Assembly (NCBI RefSeq): GCF_001194135.2
Contig: NC_069000.1
Coordinates: 19,081,015-19,125,249 of the forward strand
DNA length: 44,235 nucleotides
Direction of reading: 5' to 3'
DNA from: Octopus bimaculoides
Lineage: Eukaryota
Shown here: positions 24,331-37,799 of the stretch, piece after piece
Layout of the letters: the number at the start of each line of letters is the position of its first letter
How positions within the stretch are numbered: the first letter of the stretch is position 1
Translations under genes and position numbers: made by a program
Notes under the pieces: model-generated
Databases searched by the model: none
Seen by the model: only the letters and a program-made list of their open reading frames with translations
What the model was told of the DNA's origin: nothing

Positions 24331-25649
24331 TATTGTCCCCACCAATTACCTCCTTTCTGCACCTTCTTCCCTGTGCTATTCTCCATCATTGCTTTATCTG
24401 CTATCATCCTCAACACCTTCACATATCTACTGCAATCCCCAGTCCCAAGTCTCTCCTAGGTTTCTCTCCGTCATTTGCTAGTCACCTCTATGCTGCCTAC
24501 TCACTCAGTTCAAACCTTTATATCAGTTTGCCTATTCTCTCCACCCCCAAAAGTCCCTGTAGGGCATGTCCCAACTCATCTCTCTCACTATCGCTCTCCT
24601 TATCTTATTTCCTAATTCACTCTCCTTTACTTTTCAACTGGAGTATCCATGTATCTACAGAAAGAACCTATCTCAATCCCTCTATACCATTGATGTCTCA
24701 ACAGGTACAATTCCAACACACTCAATACTACTACTCCCTCCCAGTTGAGGATATTTTACATTTTTTTGTCTTTTGTCTTGCAAGGTACATGGTGACCCTG
24801 TCAGTGATGGTACCACATAAAAAGTACTGTAAATTAGTAGAAATCCTTACTAGACAAACTTAGTAAGGGTGGGCATTAGAAGGGCAACTGTGGATAAAAT
24901 AATGGCTCAAGAAGTTTCATTCAACCCATGCTAACATATAATGGACAAGGCTTTTGAAGTAGTCTTCTATCACTGGTTATACTCGATACATTATGTATAC
25001 TCAATGAAATATGGAAAGTGAAGAACTTATTTGTTGAATGTAGCTTAACAGCCAACTATCAATCAGCTGGCTTATACCCAGTAAAAAATCAATCAATTAA
25101 TCAACTTACCTACGCATCATGATACGTAATTTTAGAAGTATATTTTTGCCACCATGAGTAATATCATACATAGACTACTCAGAATTTAACTTTTATCAAA
25201 TTTCTTGATCCTCATGCAAAATGATGAAATGAATATTCATTTTTTTGAAAGAAAAATACTATTTGATATATATTTCTTCACCCTCACCCCTGTCTCTATG
25301 ATGCTTTGTCTCTCACTCTGTGTGTGTGTGTGCACGCACACATGCAGTGTTCCTTTACTTATTTCCTTTCACCAAGCCTAGTATATGCACTTGTACTTTT
25401 CCTGTTAATTTTCTCTGTATTTCTCTTTTACTCTCTCTTCCTTCCTCTATAAATGATATAAAGAGTGACTGGAGAATCAACCAATCAACCAATATTTATA
25501 TACATATACTGGCTGAAATACCCAAAGCTGCCCAAGTTAATGAGTCAGAGAATTAACAGTAACATTGCAAAGCTCCAGAGTGAGGAAGAGCAGGATATGA
25601 AAAACGTGTGTTTATGTGTTTATGTGTGTGTGTGTGTGTGAGTGTGAGT

Positions 25650-25705
<56 letters not shown>

Positions 25706-25850
25706 TGGGGTGAGAAAAAAGAACGAGTTTGGTTTAATCACAAATATAGTTGTAGGATTTGTGTGTTATGTCATAAATATATGTGTATTCATATTAATAG
25801 AGTAAACCTTTTATCTAAATCATTCCTTTTCTTAAAAGTGACAGCATGTG

Positions 25851-25881
<31 letters not shown>

Positions 25882-26559
25882 AACAAACAGTTTTCATAAG
25901 TTATCTTCTGTCTACTATGACTTGGCTTGGTAAACTGATAGAAAGCATATGCGTGTGTATCCGAGAATGACAGCTGTATTAATGTTACATCCCATTGCCA
26001 CTCCATATTTGTTGCTTACACAATTCTGTCTTCCACTTCCCTGGTATCATTCACTCTCCCTGTGCCACTTCATTTCTCTCACAGTAACACTCTTGCACTT
26101 CTCAGCTTAGCCAAAAATAGCTCACCCTACCATTACAATTTTATAAGTTATATAAGATATAAGATACACACACTATTATCATCATCCTTTCAACATCCAC
26201 ATTTTAATGCTTGCATGAGTCAGATGGAATCTGTTGAGGCAGGTTCTCTAAAGCTGGATGCCCTTACTGTTGCATCTTCACCTCTTTCCAAGCCAAGTAA
26301 TTATTCCTTAGTCTATCAAACAACAAACAGCCTAGTGAACTGTGAAATGACACCATGTGAATGAGCAGTTTTTTTGTTTTTTTTTTTACAAAATCATGCA
26401 ACAAGTGAATACATGTCAAGTAGCCCAGACATGTTTTTGTGGATAACTGCAAGTATATTTCCTGTATTGATAGCCAGACTGTTGTTTACAGTCAGTGAAA
26501 ATATGTAGATGACAGGAAACAAAAAACTCATTCACACACAAACACACATGCATAAAATA

Positions 26560-26975
26560 TAAAGGCCGATTGTAAGATGCTTGTGTACAAACAACATTGC
26601 TACATAGCAATCATATGTAGGCATTGAATGCAGAGGACATGTGAAGACTGGAGAGGAATGAAGCTAGTATGATCCATTAAATGTACAATGTCAGTGTGCA
26701 TGTACAACAAAAATTAGGCATAAGGGGTATCAGATACAGTATGCAAGAGAGGAGATTGTGCTGATTCAATCATGTAATTCATTTGAATGAAGGCAGCTGC
26801 ATAAAGAAGTCTTTGATGAAACTTGTAGAAGAGGGAGACCTTAAAAAGACGAGGACATAGTAGTGGAGGATGATCTCAAAATGCTGAGTTTTATTGGAAG
26901 GGATGACAAAGGACCAAGCTGATTGGCGATTTGCTGTGCTTGAGAAGACCCAGCCATCACAGCAAATATGATGTT
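26560..26975 (+). mobile_element. RTE LINE C-terminal fragment
   Basis: gactggagaggaatgaagctagtatg...ggcgatttgctgtgcttgagaagaccc, homologous to 2930-3520. Confidence 0.75.
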
Positions 26976-28301
26976 CTAAAAACATTTTATCTACGCTTGT
27001 ATGTACTCGGCCCTGTCCCTACACCCATTCTGCTCCTTCGAGCATTTCCTCTTTCTACCCTCTTTCCCCAACTTCCATCCCTCCTTGACACATATTACAT
27101 ACTATAACTCTTTGCACAACCAGTTACTGCTTCTCTCCTCCCACTTCTATCCCTCATTCTCATTATCATCCCTTTCCACACTATTTTCATCAATCACCTC
27201 TTTTCTGTGCCTCCAGTTATCTCCACTTTTCCCTGTCCATATTTCATCTTAATACCTCTCATACTTACCATTCTCAACACCTTGTATCAGTCAGTCACTA
27301 CAGACACTTTTATGTATCTCTACATCTCCCTCCCCACCATACAACATCCAGTGGATCATGTATCATCCGATCCACTTCTACCCTCTTACCACCAATACTG
27401 GTATTTCCAATCAACCCACACCACCACTCTTCTTCATCACTCACGACATTCACTTCTACCCTCATTTCAAACCATCTGTTATTCTTATAACTCTTTACCC
27501 ACTCCTGACCCACTGCCTATATCCTCTCTTGCTCCTTCAGGGTTTTATTTTGGCACCTCATCACTACCATCTTATCTTCTCAGCTGCTCCCACCCACCCT
27601 TATATATTGCAGAATAACCATGTATTTTAACTATAGCAAGACACCTGTACTCTTGACACCTGGTATAAAGTCACATCTCTCTCTCTCTCTCTCTCTCGAA
27701 TTCTTATCCCACTTAATCAAAGGCTCTTTTCTTTTTTGGTTCTTTTCTCATCATGCAACTTACTTGGCAACTACACATGTGCCAATGATATGGAAACAAA
27801 AAAACCCCTATGCACACTGTATAGTGGCTGGCATTAGAAAGGACATCTAGCCACAGAGACTATGCCAAAGCTGACACTGGAACATGATGCAGGCCTGTGG
27901 CACACCAGTACCTGTCAAACCTTTCAAACCATGCTAGCATGGAAGACAAATGTTGATAATGATACATAGATATACACGTGCATGTGTGTGTGAAGATATA
28001 TGTGCATATATATATGTGTGTATAAATAGAGACATCTCTGGCGATACCTTAGGGTACAGGATTTGTGCTAAGGAAAATTGTAAAATAGGAGTGTTATTTT
28101 TGAAATACAGTCTGTAATTTCACCCTTAGATAAACTCAGATGAATTTTAATAATTCAAAAACTACACTTTCTTCATAGCCTGTGGAAAATTTCACTTAGT
28201 GTATGTATATATTTTCTAAGGTCACAGTGGGTATTTATTCATCTATCTTCTGTCTGTCTGTCTGCCAACCTACTTCCCTACCTACCTAAATCAACCTTTG
28301 T

Positions 28302-28337
<36 letters not shown>

Positions 28338-29143
28338 CTATCACCAATGCTAAGACAATGCTAACCACTGTCAATACCAACCCATCAACACCTTAATGAC
28401 CAATCACAACAATAGTATGACCAAGAGAAGCATCTCCATCTAAAATATAAGTTAATCACATGAGATAATGTGAAATCCTAGTGATAAAAAATTGAATGAA
28501 GTGTCTTTAATCTTAGATAAAGAACTTTAGATCAATGCATGTTTGTGAAACACACATGTGCATATGCATGTGTGTGTGTTTATATATATATATATATATA
28601 TATATACTCTGACGTAAAACTTTCAGTAAAAATAGTACCAGTCATCTTGTGAAGCTTATCTCTTTATCAGTGGAACCTACTATGGTGACAGAGAGAGTGA
28701 CAAAAAAGTGTTTTACAAGCTTTTGTCACTTAAATCCAAGATGTACAGATGATTCACTATCATTTGAATGCGAAAAGACTATCATCTGACAAGATGAGGC
28801 AATCATTAAGTGTGTGTGTATGTGTGTGCATGTGTGTGATAAATTTAAAAAAATAACAGATGGATAATGTGTCAATCCACTACAGCTGATGCCTTACCAT
28901 TTAAGTGCCTGATTCACTCAAATCCTGATTATATATATATATATATATATACTGCCCAAGCTCGTCGAAACGCCGGTGTTAAAACGTGGGTGGCTGATGA
29001 AGGAGAATGTTCTCTATGTGGCTCGTGTGTTCTCGTCTACGTTTGTTTGCAATGTCCTGTACCCAGATATGCACCTATACATACAGGTGGATGTCGGTAT
29101 GCACATACCTGTACGTATATATGCATATACTCATTTACTATTT

Positions 29144-29187
<44 letters not shown>

Positions 29188-29504
29188 TCACCACTTTACT
29201 GGAAGTGAACTAGATGATACTCCACAAGCAGTAGATATACAGCAACCTCACACACAGGAAATACTATGTATGCAAATACACACATTCACACAACCACATA
29301 TACATCTGCCAAAAGGTTTTTTTTTTCACTAAGAATCTGTTACATCTTTTGTGCACACATAGATCACACTGAGTATACCTTATGAATTTCCTATTTTTAG
29401 TATATCAGACACTGCTATTTCGTACATGGCAACAGAGTCCCATCTTTCCTTCTTATAAAACTTATAAGTTATAAAATCCTAATTTCCTACTTATAAAACT
29501 TTAA

Positions 29505-30060
29505 TCTCTCCTAAGTTAACTGCGAGGCCTCTTAATTCTAGGTTTTGTTACAATATTTGGAATTTCTTAAAGTCTGCTAAAAGGACTAGGTCATCAGCAT
29601 ATAGGAGTTCCTATATCCTGATGTCACAGCTCCGAACACTATGATAAGTAGGTGTGGACAGAGAACTGAAGCTTGATGAACACCTACCTGCACAATACAT
29701 TTCTCACCAAACTGATTGCAACACTAAACATGGCGGCCATTGTTCTTACAACCCATTCACCAAATGGTTTTTACAGAATACCAGACTCCACTGTGACAAT
29801 CAGTCATAAATTATCTCCAGATCAGCAGACGCTAATGAAGAAGGCTAAGAGCCTAAACATTTTCCTCCCAATAATCTCACTATAACGAACGCATCAATAG
29901 TGTTCCATCTCTTCTAATATATGAATGTCAATATCAATATCATTAGTTCTTTTTTCTTATTGGGAGCTATTGCACTCATAGACTAATGTTCGGAAATGTT
30001 GTTTTAGCTTGGTTTCCTATTGCCAGCCACTTTACCAAGTGCAACGAGTGCATTTTCTTG
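29505..30060 (-). mobile_element. RTE LINE RT fragment, reverse strand
   Basis: Minus strand reads QVGVHQASVLCPHLLIIV and ELLYADDLVLLAD. Confidence 0.85.
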
Positions 30061-30400
30061 TGGTGCCAGTGCTAAAGAGGTTGACAAGTCCTCAATGAGA
30101 CAGGGTTAAAGGGATCTCTCAATTCTATACTTTCTCCAGTTGTTTGTCATCCACTTTAGTGTACAGGATACATTTTCTATGGCACTAATATTAGAAGTCC
30201 TCAATGAGACAGAATTAAAAGGATCTCTCAACCCTACTTTTCCCCTACTTGCACACCAATCACTTTAGAGGGTGCATAGAGAGGGTGAAGTCTTTCGTTG
30301 GGGCACCAGCACAGAAGGGATGTCTTGTAAGTGTACACTCAGTACCCTAAGAAATATACTTTTGTACAAGTAATGTGACACACGCGCGCACACACACACA

Positions 30401-30634
30401 AAGGCAGCGAGCTGGCAGAAACGTTAGCACGCCGGGCGAAATGCTTAGCGGTATTTCGTCTGCCGCTACGTTCTGAGTTCAAATTCCGCCGAGGTCGACT
30501 TTGCCTTTCATCCTTTCGGGGTCGATTAAATAAGTACCAGTTACGAACTGGGGTCGATATAATCGACTAAATCCGTTTGTCTGTCCTTGTTTGTCCCCTC
30601 TCTGTGTAGCCCCTTGTGGGTAGTAAAGAAATAA
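30401..30634 (+). mobile_element. Young, intact tRNA-derived SINE (family B) inside a (CA)n tract
   Basis: A-box-like ggcagcgagctggcagaaacgttagc, B-box-like gagttcaaattcc, CpGs retained, (CA)n on both sides. Confidence 0.9.
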
Positions 30635-33553
30635 CACACACACACACAGAAAGCACAACACAGGAGGAACAAAGCATGATGAATACGGTATTAGATACAG
30701 GCTCGAAAAGTTGAAATGAGGTATTGTAATATTTTACATGTTAGTCTTGCATCAGAAAAGAGAGAGAAATATAGGGAGTCAGAAATAGTGAGTGCAGTGA
30801 TAAAAAAAAAAAATTCAGAATAACAGAAGAAGAAGAAGGTCTGAAAACAAGAGAGAAATGTTGTTCTATGGGGGAGTTAGAACAGGGAAATAGTGTAGGC
30901 TATGTGTTGGTGGGGTGCATGAAAGTATATAGATGTGTAGAGGTGTGTAAATTTGGTTGCATTAGTTGTGTGTGATTAAAAGTACTGATGAAGCACTGTA
31001 GAACAGCTGAAAGTAAACAGCATTTTGTGCATGTATATACATAAAGAACAGTATGTAGGAGAGGGAAAACATTTTTTCAGGTGTGTAGCTAAGAGGAAAA
31101 GACTGAAAACAGTTCAAGAAACTGAAAATCCAACACAAAATAAAAGAAATCCTAAGTGTTTGAGATGGTAAAATTCCAAGCATTCCCAGATGAGATTAAA
31201 AGTTGAAAGATGGTAAAAGTCTGAGGAGAAGGAGTAAAAGTCCAAGAAGGTGAAATACCATTGATGCAAGAATATAGGAGTGTGGTCTACTACATGTTAC
31301 TGAAGTAATGGAGAATGGCCAATGGAAGAGAAAAAAAAAGTGACTATTTGTTGTTTTGTTTTTTCGATAGAATGGACAAAAGAGGAAGAAAGTGGCTGAA
31401 TGACATAAACATGGCTGAATGTGTTAATATTAGAAGGAAGTTAAATCAGCAGAAGTCAAGAAGTAGCAACAAGTGGGTGTATCATTTTTTATGGTACAAA
31501 TGGGAACAAGTATGGTCAAAAAGTGTGTGTGTGTGTGTGTGTGCATGTAAAATCTACAAAACAGCAGGTAAATAACTGTATGAAGGGTGTGGAGACAAAG
31601 GAGGGGTATGGTGTAGATGGTGGAGTGAAGTGCAAAGAGGTGGGAGGGGTGGGGCTCAGACTACAGTGGAGAATGGAAGAGAGGAGAGAAGAAGTACAGA
31701 TGTGTAATTCTAAAGCAGACAGAGGAGAATTAAAACCAAAAGATGTTTAAGTTTTTAGAAACTTAGAGGAGCGTGTTGTGCTCCAATGTCCGCTTTGGTA
31801 TGCTTTCTGTGGATGGATGCTCTCTCTTAGTAACTCGGTGCTTTCTATGTGGCACCAGTACTCCTGAGATCACCATGTAACTCACAAGACTTAAGAGGCA
31901 CCTCAACTGAGTGTGAGTATAATAGAGAGGGGAGGTGACATTATGCTAGGTGTTTGAGAGATTAGAATATGATAAACAGATCAGAAACAGGTTCTTGCTG
32001 TAGAAGAGACACCTTGCAGCCCCATGTTATATAAGTGTGGGTTGGCAGTAATTGAGGTGGAGCTGGAAAGAAAGATAGAAATGGTGGTGACAAAGTGTGC
32101 TTTCCATATACTAGAATGTGTGAGGAGTTGAGAAATGGTTATAGATGGGGCGAGAGGTGAATGTAGTGAATGGTAATCAAGGGTGGAGGAGTAGTCGATG
32201 ATAAATAGAAGTTTGGTAAAGGTGATAAGAATCTGTATACAATAATAGCTAGTGCCACACATCGAGTAAAAGAATGCTATGCACATAATGAGAGAAAGAA
32301 TAAGAGAGACAGAAAGAGGAGATGGAGTAAATGACAGAGTATTTATGGGAGAAGCTATGCAAATGAGTAATGAGTAAAAGTTGTTTTGTAGACAAAATAT
32401 AACTGTGATTAACATATTCCTGTTTGAATCTGCTAGAACACATTAAAAATTAATATGTATGTCATTGTTTTGCTTTTATTTGATTTTATTTTAAGGCAAT
32501 AAATATTTTTCTTTTGAAAATTAGTATTCATTTCATGATTTTGTATAAGCATGAAAAAAGTTGATAAAAGTTGAATTACAATTACAGTTATGTATGCCAT
32601 GTTTTATGATGTTACCCACGATTGCAAACATATACTTCCAAAGTTACCTGTTATATGAGAGGAAAATATATGGAGAGATAATGAAAAAAAACAGAAAGGA
32701 AAGAATGTGTAGGGATTAACAGTTCAACATGATGTATGTGTGTGTGTGTATACATATATACACATATTTATATGTATAAACTCATCCCATAAAAAAAATG
32801 CCTGAATATTTGGTAAGAAAGAAAAGATCTCTAAATTACATATTTTATTAAAATTCATTAACACAATATGATTATCGATGTCCTCCTTGCAGCAAATATA
32901 TACTCCTTTATGCTATTTGCGTAAAATTTTGTGGAGTTTGCCAAAAAGAAATTTGGAGAGGGTAGATTCCACTTTTTCATATGTTTTAAGAACTACTCCA
33001 TCAAAGTGATTGCATAAACTCCAAAATAGGCAGTAATCAATGAATAAGAAGGTTGTAGAATTTTTTCCTGGATGAGGTTTTCCATCTTTTCACATGTAAT
33101 CTTTGCTGTTAGAGACTGTGAATTATCTTGATGGATTTGTGTTTCACCGACAAAGGCCTCTTTACCTCCAGAGCCTGTAATTGTTTAGAAACAGCTCAAA
33201 GTGAATCACACCAATATAATTTCATCAAACTCTAACCAACACTTTCTTAGATGGAGGTCTTTTGGAGTTGTTGTTTAGCCATTTCACCTTCACAAAGCTA
33301 TTGTATGCATCACTTAATATTCTTGTAAAAGATCCCTTTTTCATAATAAACTGTCTAAAAATAGTGACAAGTGTACATGAGAGTGTAGAAAAGTACAAAT
33401 GTCAACTTGAGCTGCATGGTTGTGAAATTAAAGGGAATCTATTTTCCCAGTTTAAGCACCTTTTCAAGGTATTGTAGATACTGGTGAATTGTTGAATGAC
33501 TTAAATTAAGCTTCTGGGCTAATTCTTCAACTATAACACACTATTTCAATTAA

Positions 33554-33755
33554 CTATAGAACAAAAAATGGACTATATACCTGTTGTAACTTGGTTATCT
33601 ATAGTCCAATGATATTTTGAAATTACAATTCCTTCTTCAGATCTTATATGCTGGATCTTTATAGCAGAGACTCCAGAAAATAAGATCTGAAGAAGGAATT
33701 CTAATTCCGAAATATCATCGGACTATAGATAACCAAGTTACAACAGGTATATAGT
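33554..33755. mobile_element. Inverted-repeat insertion (probable Penelope-like pLTR remnant) with 13-bp direct-repeat flanks
   Basis: Arms 33571-33647 and 33680-33756 are reverse complements with few mismatches; ctatttcaattaa at 33541-33553 and 33756-33768. Confidence 0.8.
33684..33719 (+). ncRNA. Minimal type I hammerhead ribozyme motif
   Basis: GAT-CTGAAGA-A-GGAATT-CT-AATTCC-GAAA-TAT-C-ATC: intact core, 6-bp stem II, palindromic ATAT stem III, AUC cleavage triplet, 3-bp stem I. Confidence 0.7.
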
Positions 33756-34453
33756 CTATTTCAATTAAGTTCTGACAAAAGCAGGTCCTCGTTAAACTGA
33801 AAAGGATCACCTATTCATGGGACATCTTGTTAAGCTGACTCTCCTTTCCTAAACCTTTCAAACTTTTTTCAACCAGTTCTTTTATTTTAATAGTTTTCCC
33901 CATGAACATCATGAATATTTCGAATTACTTCTGCTGCATTATTGCATTCCGTGAACTCAGAAATGGCCCATGGACATGTCCGTCTTCAGCATAATGGCAT
34001 AATGGCTAATTCATAAATTACTACTTGACAACTGCACAAGGTCAGACTTAAAGATATCAAATTTCAAACATTACTTATGGAATTAATTGATATATATGTT
34101 TGTATGCATATGTGTGGAATAAGGCCAGGATGGAGCTGAGAAAAATATAGTCCAAATGAGGACTCAATGCACGTGTTGGATTGAGGAAATATCTTTATAA
34201 AGAGTAAAAAGCCATATGTAGAGCTTATATTAGCTTAATGCATCAAGCAACAATAATGACTAGACTCAGATCACCAGAAGCATATTATGTGTGCATTTAT
34301 ACATGTCCACAATATGCTAATTAGTTAGATCTGTCTGGTGCTCCATATTTCAATGCAAGCAATCATACAAGCATGCACGTGTGTGTGTGTATTGGTATGT
34401 TTTGGTTAATTTTGACCAATGACAGTATTTTGGCTTATGGTTGGTTCTAATGC

Positions 34454-34506
<53 letters not shown>

Positions 34507-35624
34507 TTTTAGTTCCATAGTGGTATTTTATGCTCGGTTGGTTAGTGTGAGTTTGAGGAGGTATATACAGGGTGGGTGTTTATTATGGATGTGCATATAT
34601 GTATGGGAATACAGGTAAGTATGTATTTATNNNNNNNNNNNNNNNNNNNNNNNNNNNNNNNNNNNNNNNNNNNNNNNNNNNNNNNNNNNNNNNNNNNNNN
34701 NNNNNNNNNNNNNNNNNNNNNNNNNNNNNNNNNNNNNNNNNNNNNNNNNNNNNNNNNNNNNNNNNNNNNNNNNNNNNNNNNNNNNNNNNNNNNNNNNNNN
34801 NNNNNNNNNNNNNNNNNNNNNNNNNNNNNNNNNNNNNNNNNNNNNNNNNNNNNNNNNNNNNNNNNNNNNNNNNNNNNNNNNNNNNNNNNNNNNNNNNNNN
34901 NNNNNNNNNNNNNNNNNNNNNNNNNNNNNNNNNNNNNNNNNNNNNNNNNNNNNNNNNNNNNNNNNNNNNNNNNNNNNNNNNNNNNNNNNNNNNNNNNNNN
35001 NNNNNNNNNGGGGGGGGGGGGGAATGTGTGTGTTACAGGATGGTCATTAAAGTATATGTTTAAGGATAGAGAAATTGGTCAATAAATGCATATCTTTTGT
35101 TGTGTATTTATGCATGTGCTAAGTCTATAGGATGTATTCATGTGTTAGTAAGTTTATGTGTGTACATGTGTGGGCTTTGATTTGGTGAGTATATAAGTTA
35201 GTGAAGGTAGTGTTGTGGCCAATGTTGATGTTGTGTGTGTGTGTCTGCAAATATGTCTATGGATCTGTAGAGATGTGTAGATAGTGTCAATCTGTGTGTT
35301 CGCTTGAGTTAACTTGAGTTTAACAGTGTGTGTGCATGCAAATATACATGCATGAAATTGGATATTTAATTGATATATGGATGCATGTGTTTGTGTACAT
35401 ATGGGAATTACTCGCATATATATGCATATACACATTTATTTATATTTTGTGTGGGATAGCAGCAGTGGGAGCATTCATACATTGGGGGTTTGTATTATTA
35501 ATCAAAATATGTCTGTGTGTCTTATGTGCATATATGGTTTGTATATGGATGTGTGTTGTCGTTGTCGTCGTCATTGTCATATCCACTTTTCCATGCACAC
35601 ACGTTTGGGAAAGAATGTACTGAG

Positions 35625-35780
35625 ACATATTTTTATCACCAGATGCCCTTCCTGTTGCCAACTTTCACCTGTTTCCAAGTAAGGTAAATATTTCCCCAAG
35701 ACCAGACTTATTTACATGGAAGATTGGAAACAAATAACACTTCTATTAGTGAAAACTAACCACAATGAAACTTGAGCATG
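35625..35780 (-). mobile_element. RTE-tailed SINE fragment
   Basis: cagatgcccttcctgttgccaac matches the reversed RTE tail seen elsewhere in the window. Confidence 0.55.
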
Positions 35781-35849
35781 CATACACAATCTGTAATGTT
35801 GGAAGACATATCAAATGTATTCTGAATATGCACACATACACACACAATA

Positions 35850-36660
35850 TGCCCTGAATGATGAGTCTGATCCTCTCTATATTGTTCCTGGCTCCATGAA
35901 ACAGTCGAGCTCTTAGGAGGATTGTTTGCTGAAGAACAAAGTGGCTTTCATCCTGGATGCAGCACAATCAACCAAATATTCACTGTACATGAGGTCTTGA
36001 AGAAACTGCGGGAATATTGCCAAGAGGTGTATGCTTGCTTTGTAGACCTTCAAAAGACATATGACTGCATTCTGCAGGACACGTTGTGGAGGGCTTTGCA
36101 AGAGATTGGGATTAATGGACAACTTCTGGTTGCCATGAAGTCACTATATAAATGGTGTGTTTGGGTAAATGATGCTAAGTTGAAACTTTTAAAGTGGCTG
36201 CTGGAAGACAATGGTGCACACTGTCACCTCTCCTTTTCATAGTTTTTATGACCTGGAGACATGTGTAGCCATTGTGGAAGTGGTATCACAATTAGATTAG
36301 TTAGCTGATATTTGGAGATGACATGGTGCTACTTGGCTCATCAGAAGGTGATCTCCAGCATGCACTGAATGGGATCACTGCTAAGTGCTGTTATAAGACA
36401 GGGATGAGAATTAGTGCTGCAAAGACTAATTCTATGGACATGTGCCACAGGAATCACAAGATGGATTTATTAAGCTAAGCCAACCAGTAAGAGGCATAGA
36501 GTAGACCAAGAACAAGATAGCTGGATATCCATAATCTCAGTTGGTCATGCATGCTTGGGAATCTAGCTAGAAAGTCTAATGGTAATTACCTGTGATAGGA
36601 ACCTATAGAAGAGGTGCCTGAAGACTCTATCACCACAACCCTCCCAGTGGGTGGAGAAGA
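35850..36660 (+). mobile_element. RTE-clade LINE RT relic of a different lineage (Expander/Rex3-like)
   Basis: EEQSGFHPGCSTINQIF, YACFVDLQKTYD, LWRALQEIGINGQLL, IFGDDMVLLGSSEGDLQHAL. Confidence 0.85.
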
Positions 36661-37279
36661 TGGATGACTACATATATATACATGGAGAGAGGGAGAGTGC
36701 CAGAGAAAGAATGTACATATGTGGTGTACAGTGGGATCTAACTCAAAACCACATGGTTATGGAGTGAACTTCTTAACCACACTCACAATACATACACATA
36801 TGTTGTATTAAAATTTAGAGTTTGCCTGTCTGTGTGAACTACTATTTAAGTGAAAACAGAACACTGCAATGATAAAATGCTTTGAGAAATGTCCTCTTAA
36901 ACACAAAGTAGTTTTATTTATTTATTCATTCATTTTTTTTTAAACCTAAACTAACCTCTAGTACACTTCCAGTACTTGGGACACTAAAAAAAAAAATTTG
37001 ATCATTATCGTATCAATACATAAAAGATACTCCTTTCCATTGATGGATGGTAGACATCAAAATAAGAGGCACAAGCAAAACATGGTAAAAGACATACACT
37101 CATTTTCACATACATGCAAAATATGGACACATGAAGAGAACCATGTCAAACACATTAACACTTCTAATGATGAAAGTGCAAAGACACTCACATCGTCTAC
37201 CAGTGAATACATTTGCTCAAGTTTATGCATGAGTTTATAGCATTCTCTGAATGAACAGTGTGTGTGTCTGTGTGTGTGC

Positions 37280-37333
37280 TCGCAGGCAGTGATTCCAGGG
37301 AGTTCGATTCCTGAGTTTGATTCCAGGCAGTGA

Positions 37334-37371
<38 letters not shown>

Positions 37372-37550
37372 TCTAAAAATACCTTAGGAATGAGAACCCA
37401 GGTTCGAAATTTTCCCAAGACACCTGAAGAAGGCTGGAGGGTATATCAGCTGAAATGTTGTGTTAACAACAAACAAGATAAGGACAAATATCCGTCAAAT
37501 GTAAATAATGTAAATAATGTACATAATTCCTCATCTCTTAAATATAGAAC
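37280..37550 (+). mobile_element. Composite short element: tRNA B-box-like head, (AAT)n, hammerhead-bearing segment
   Basis: gggagttcgattcc at 37298-37311, (AAT)n at 37338-37371, hammerhead at 37419-37464, tandem tgtaaataa 9-mers. Confidence 0.65.
37419..37464 (+). ncRNA. Minimal type I hammerhead ribozyme motif (CpG-decayed copy)
   Basis: GACAC-CTGAAGA-A-GGCTG-(loop)-CAGCT-GAAA-TGT-T-GTGTT: 5-bp stem I, 5-bp stem II, stem III ATGT (inferred ancestral ACGT palindrome). Confidence 0.75.
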
Positions 37551-37799
37551 AGTGGTAGGTGATAGTAAAGATGATAAAAATTACATAGATGGACTCTAAG
37601 TATATGATACATGCTTAAACACACAAACATAATTACTATTTAAGTAGACGGATAAACTTAATAAACAGCTGGTAAGGAAAAATAAGGAAACTGTAGATTT
37701 ACATAACCAAATGTATACACATACATGCATAGACACACACACACATGCATAGACACACACACACACACACACTCACCATTAATGTAATACATAGAAGAG

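Larger units (their letters stand above)
32880..34060 (-). mobile_element. Mariner relic, reverse strand, interrupted by a 202-bp insertion
   Basis: Minus strand gives VEELAQKLNLSHSTIHQYL (HTH), QVDICTFL, IHQDNSQSLTAK; N-terminal part in 33770-34060. Confidence 0.85.

Noticed and set aside
28950-29050. GAAAC plus near-palindrome followed by CTGATGAAGG (permuted or type II hammerhead?)
   Set aside because: Stem I and stem II cannot be closed; probably a PLE-like terminal fragment without a complete ribozyme
30984-31030. CTGATGA...GAAA hammerhead-like spacing
   Set aside because: Weak stem II; no NUH, stem III or stem I
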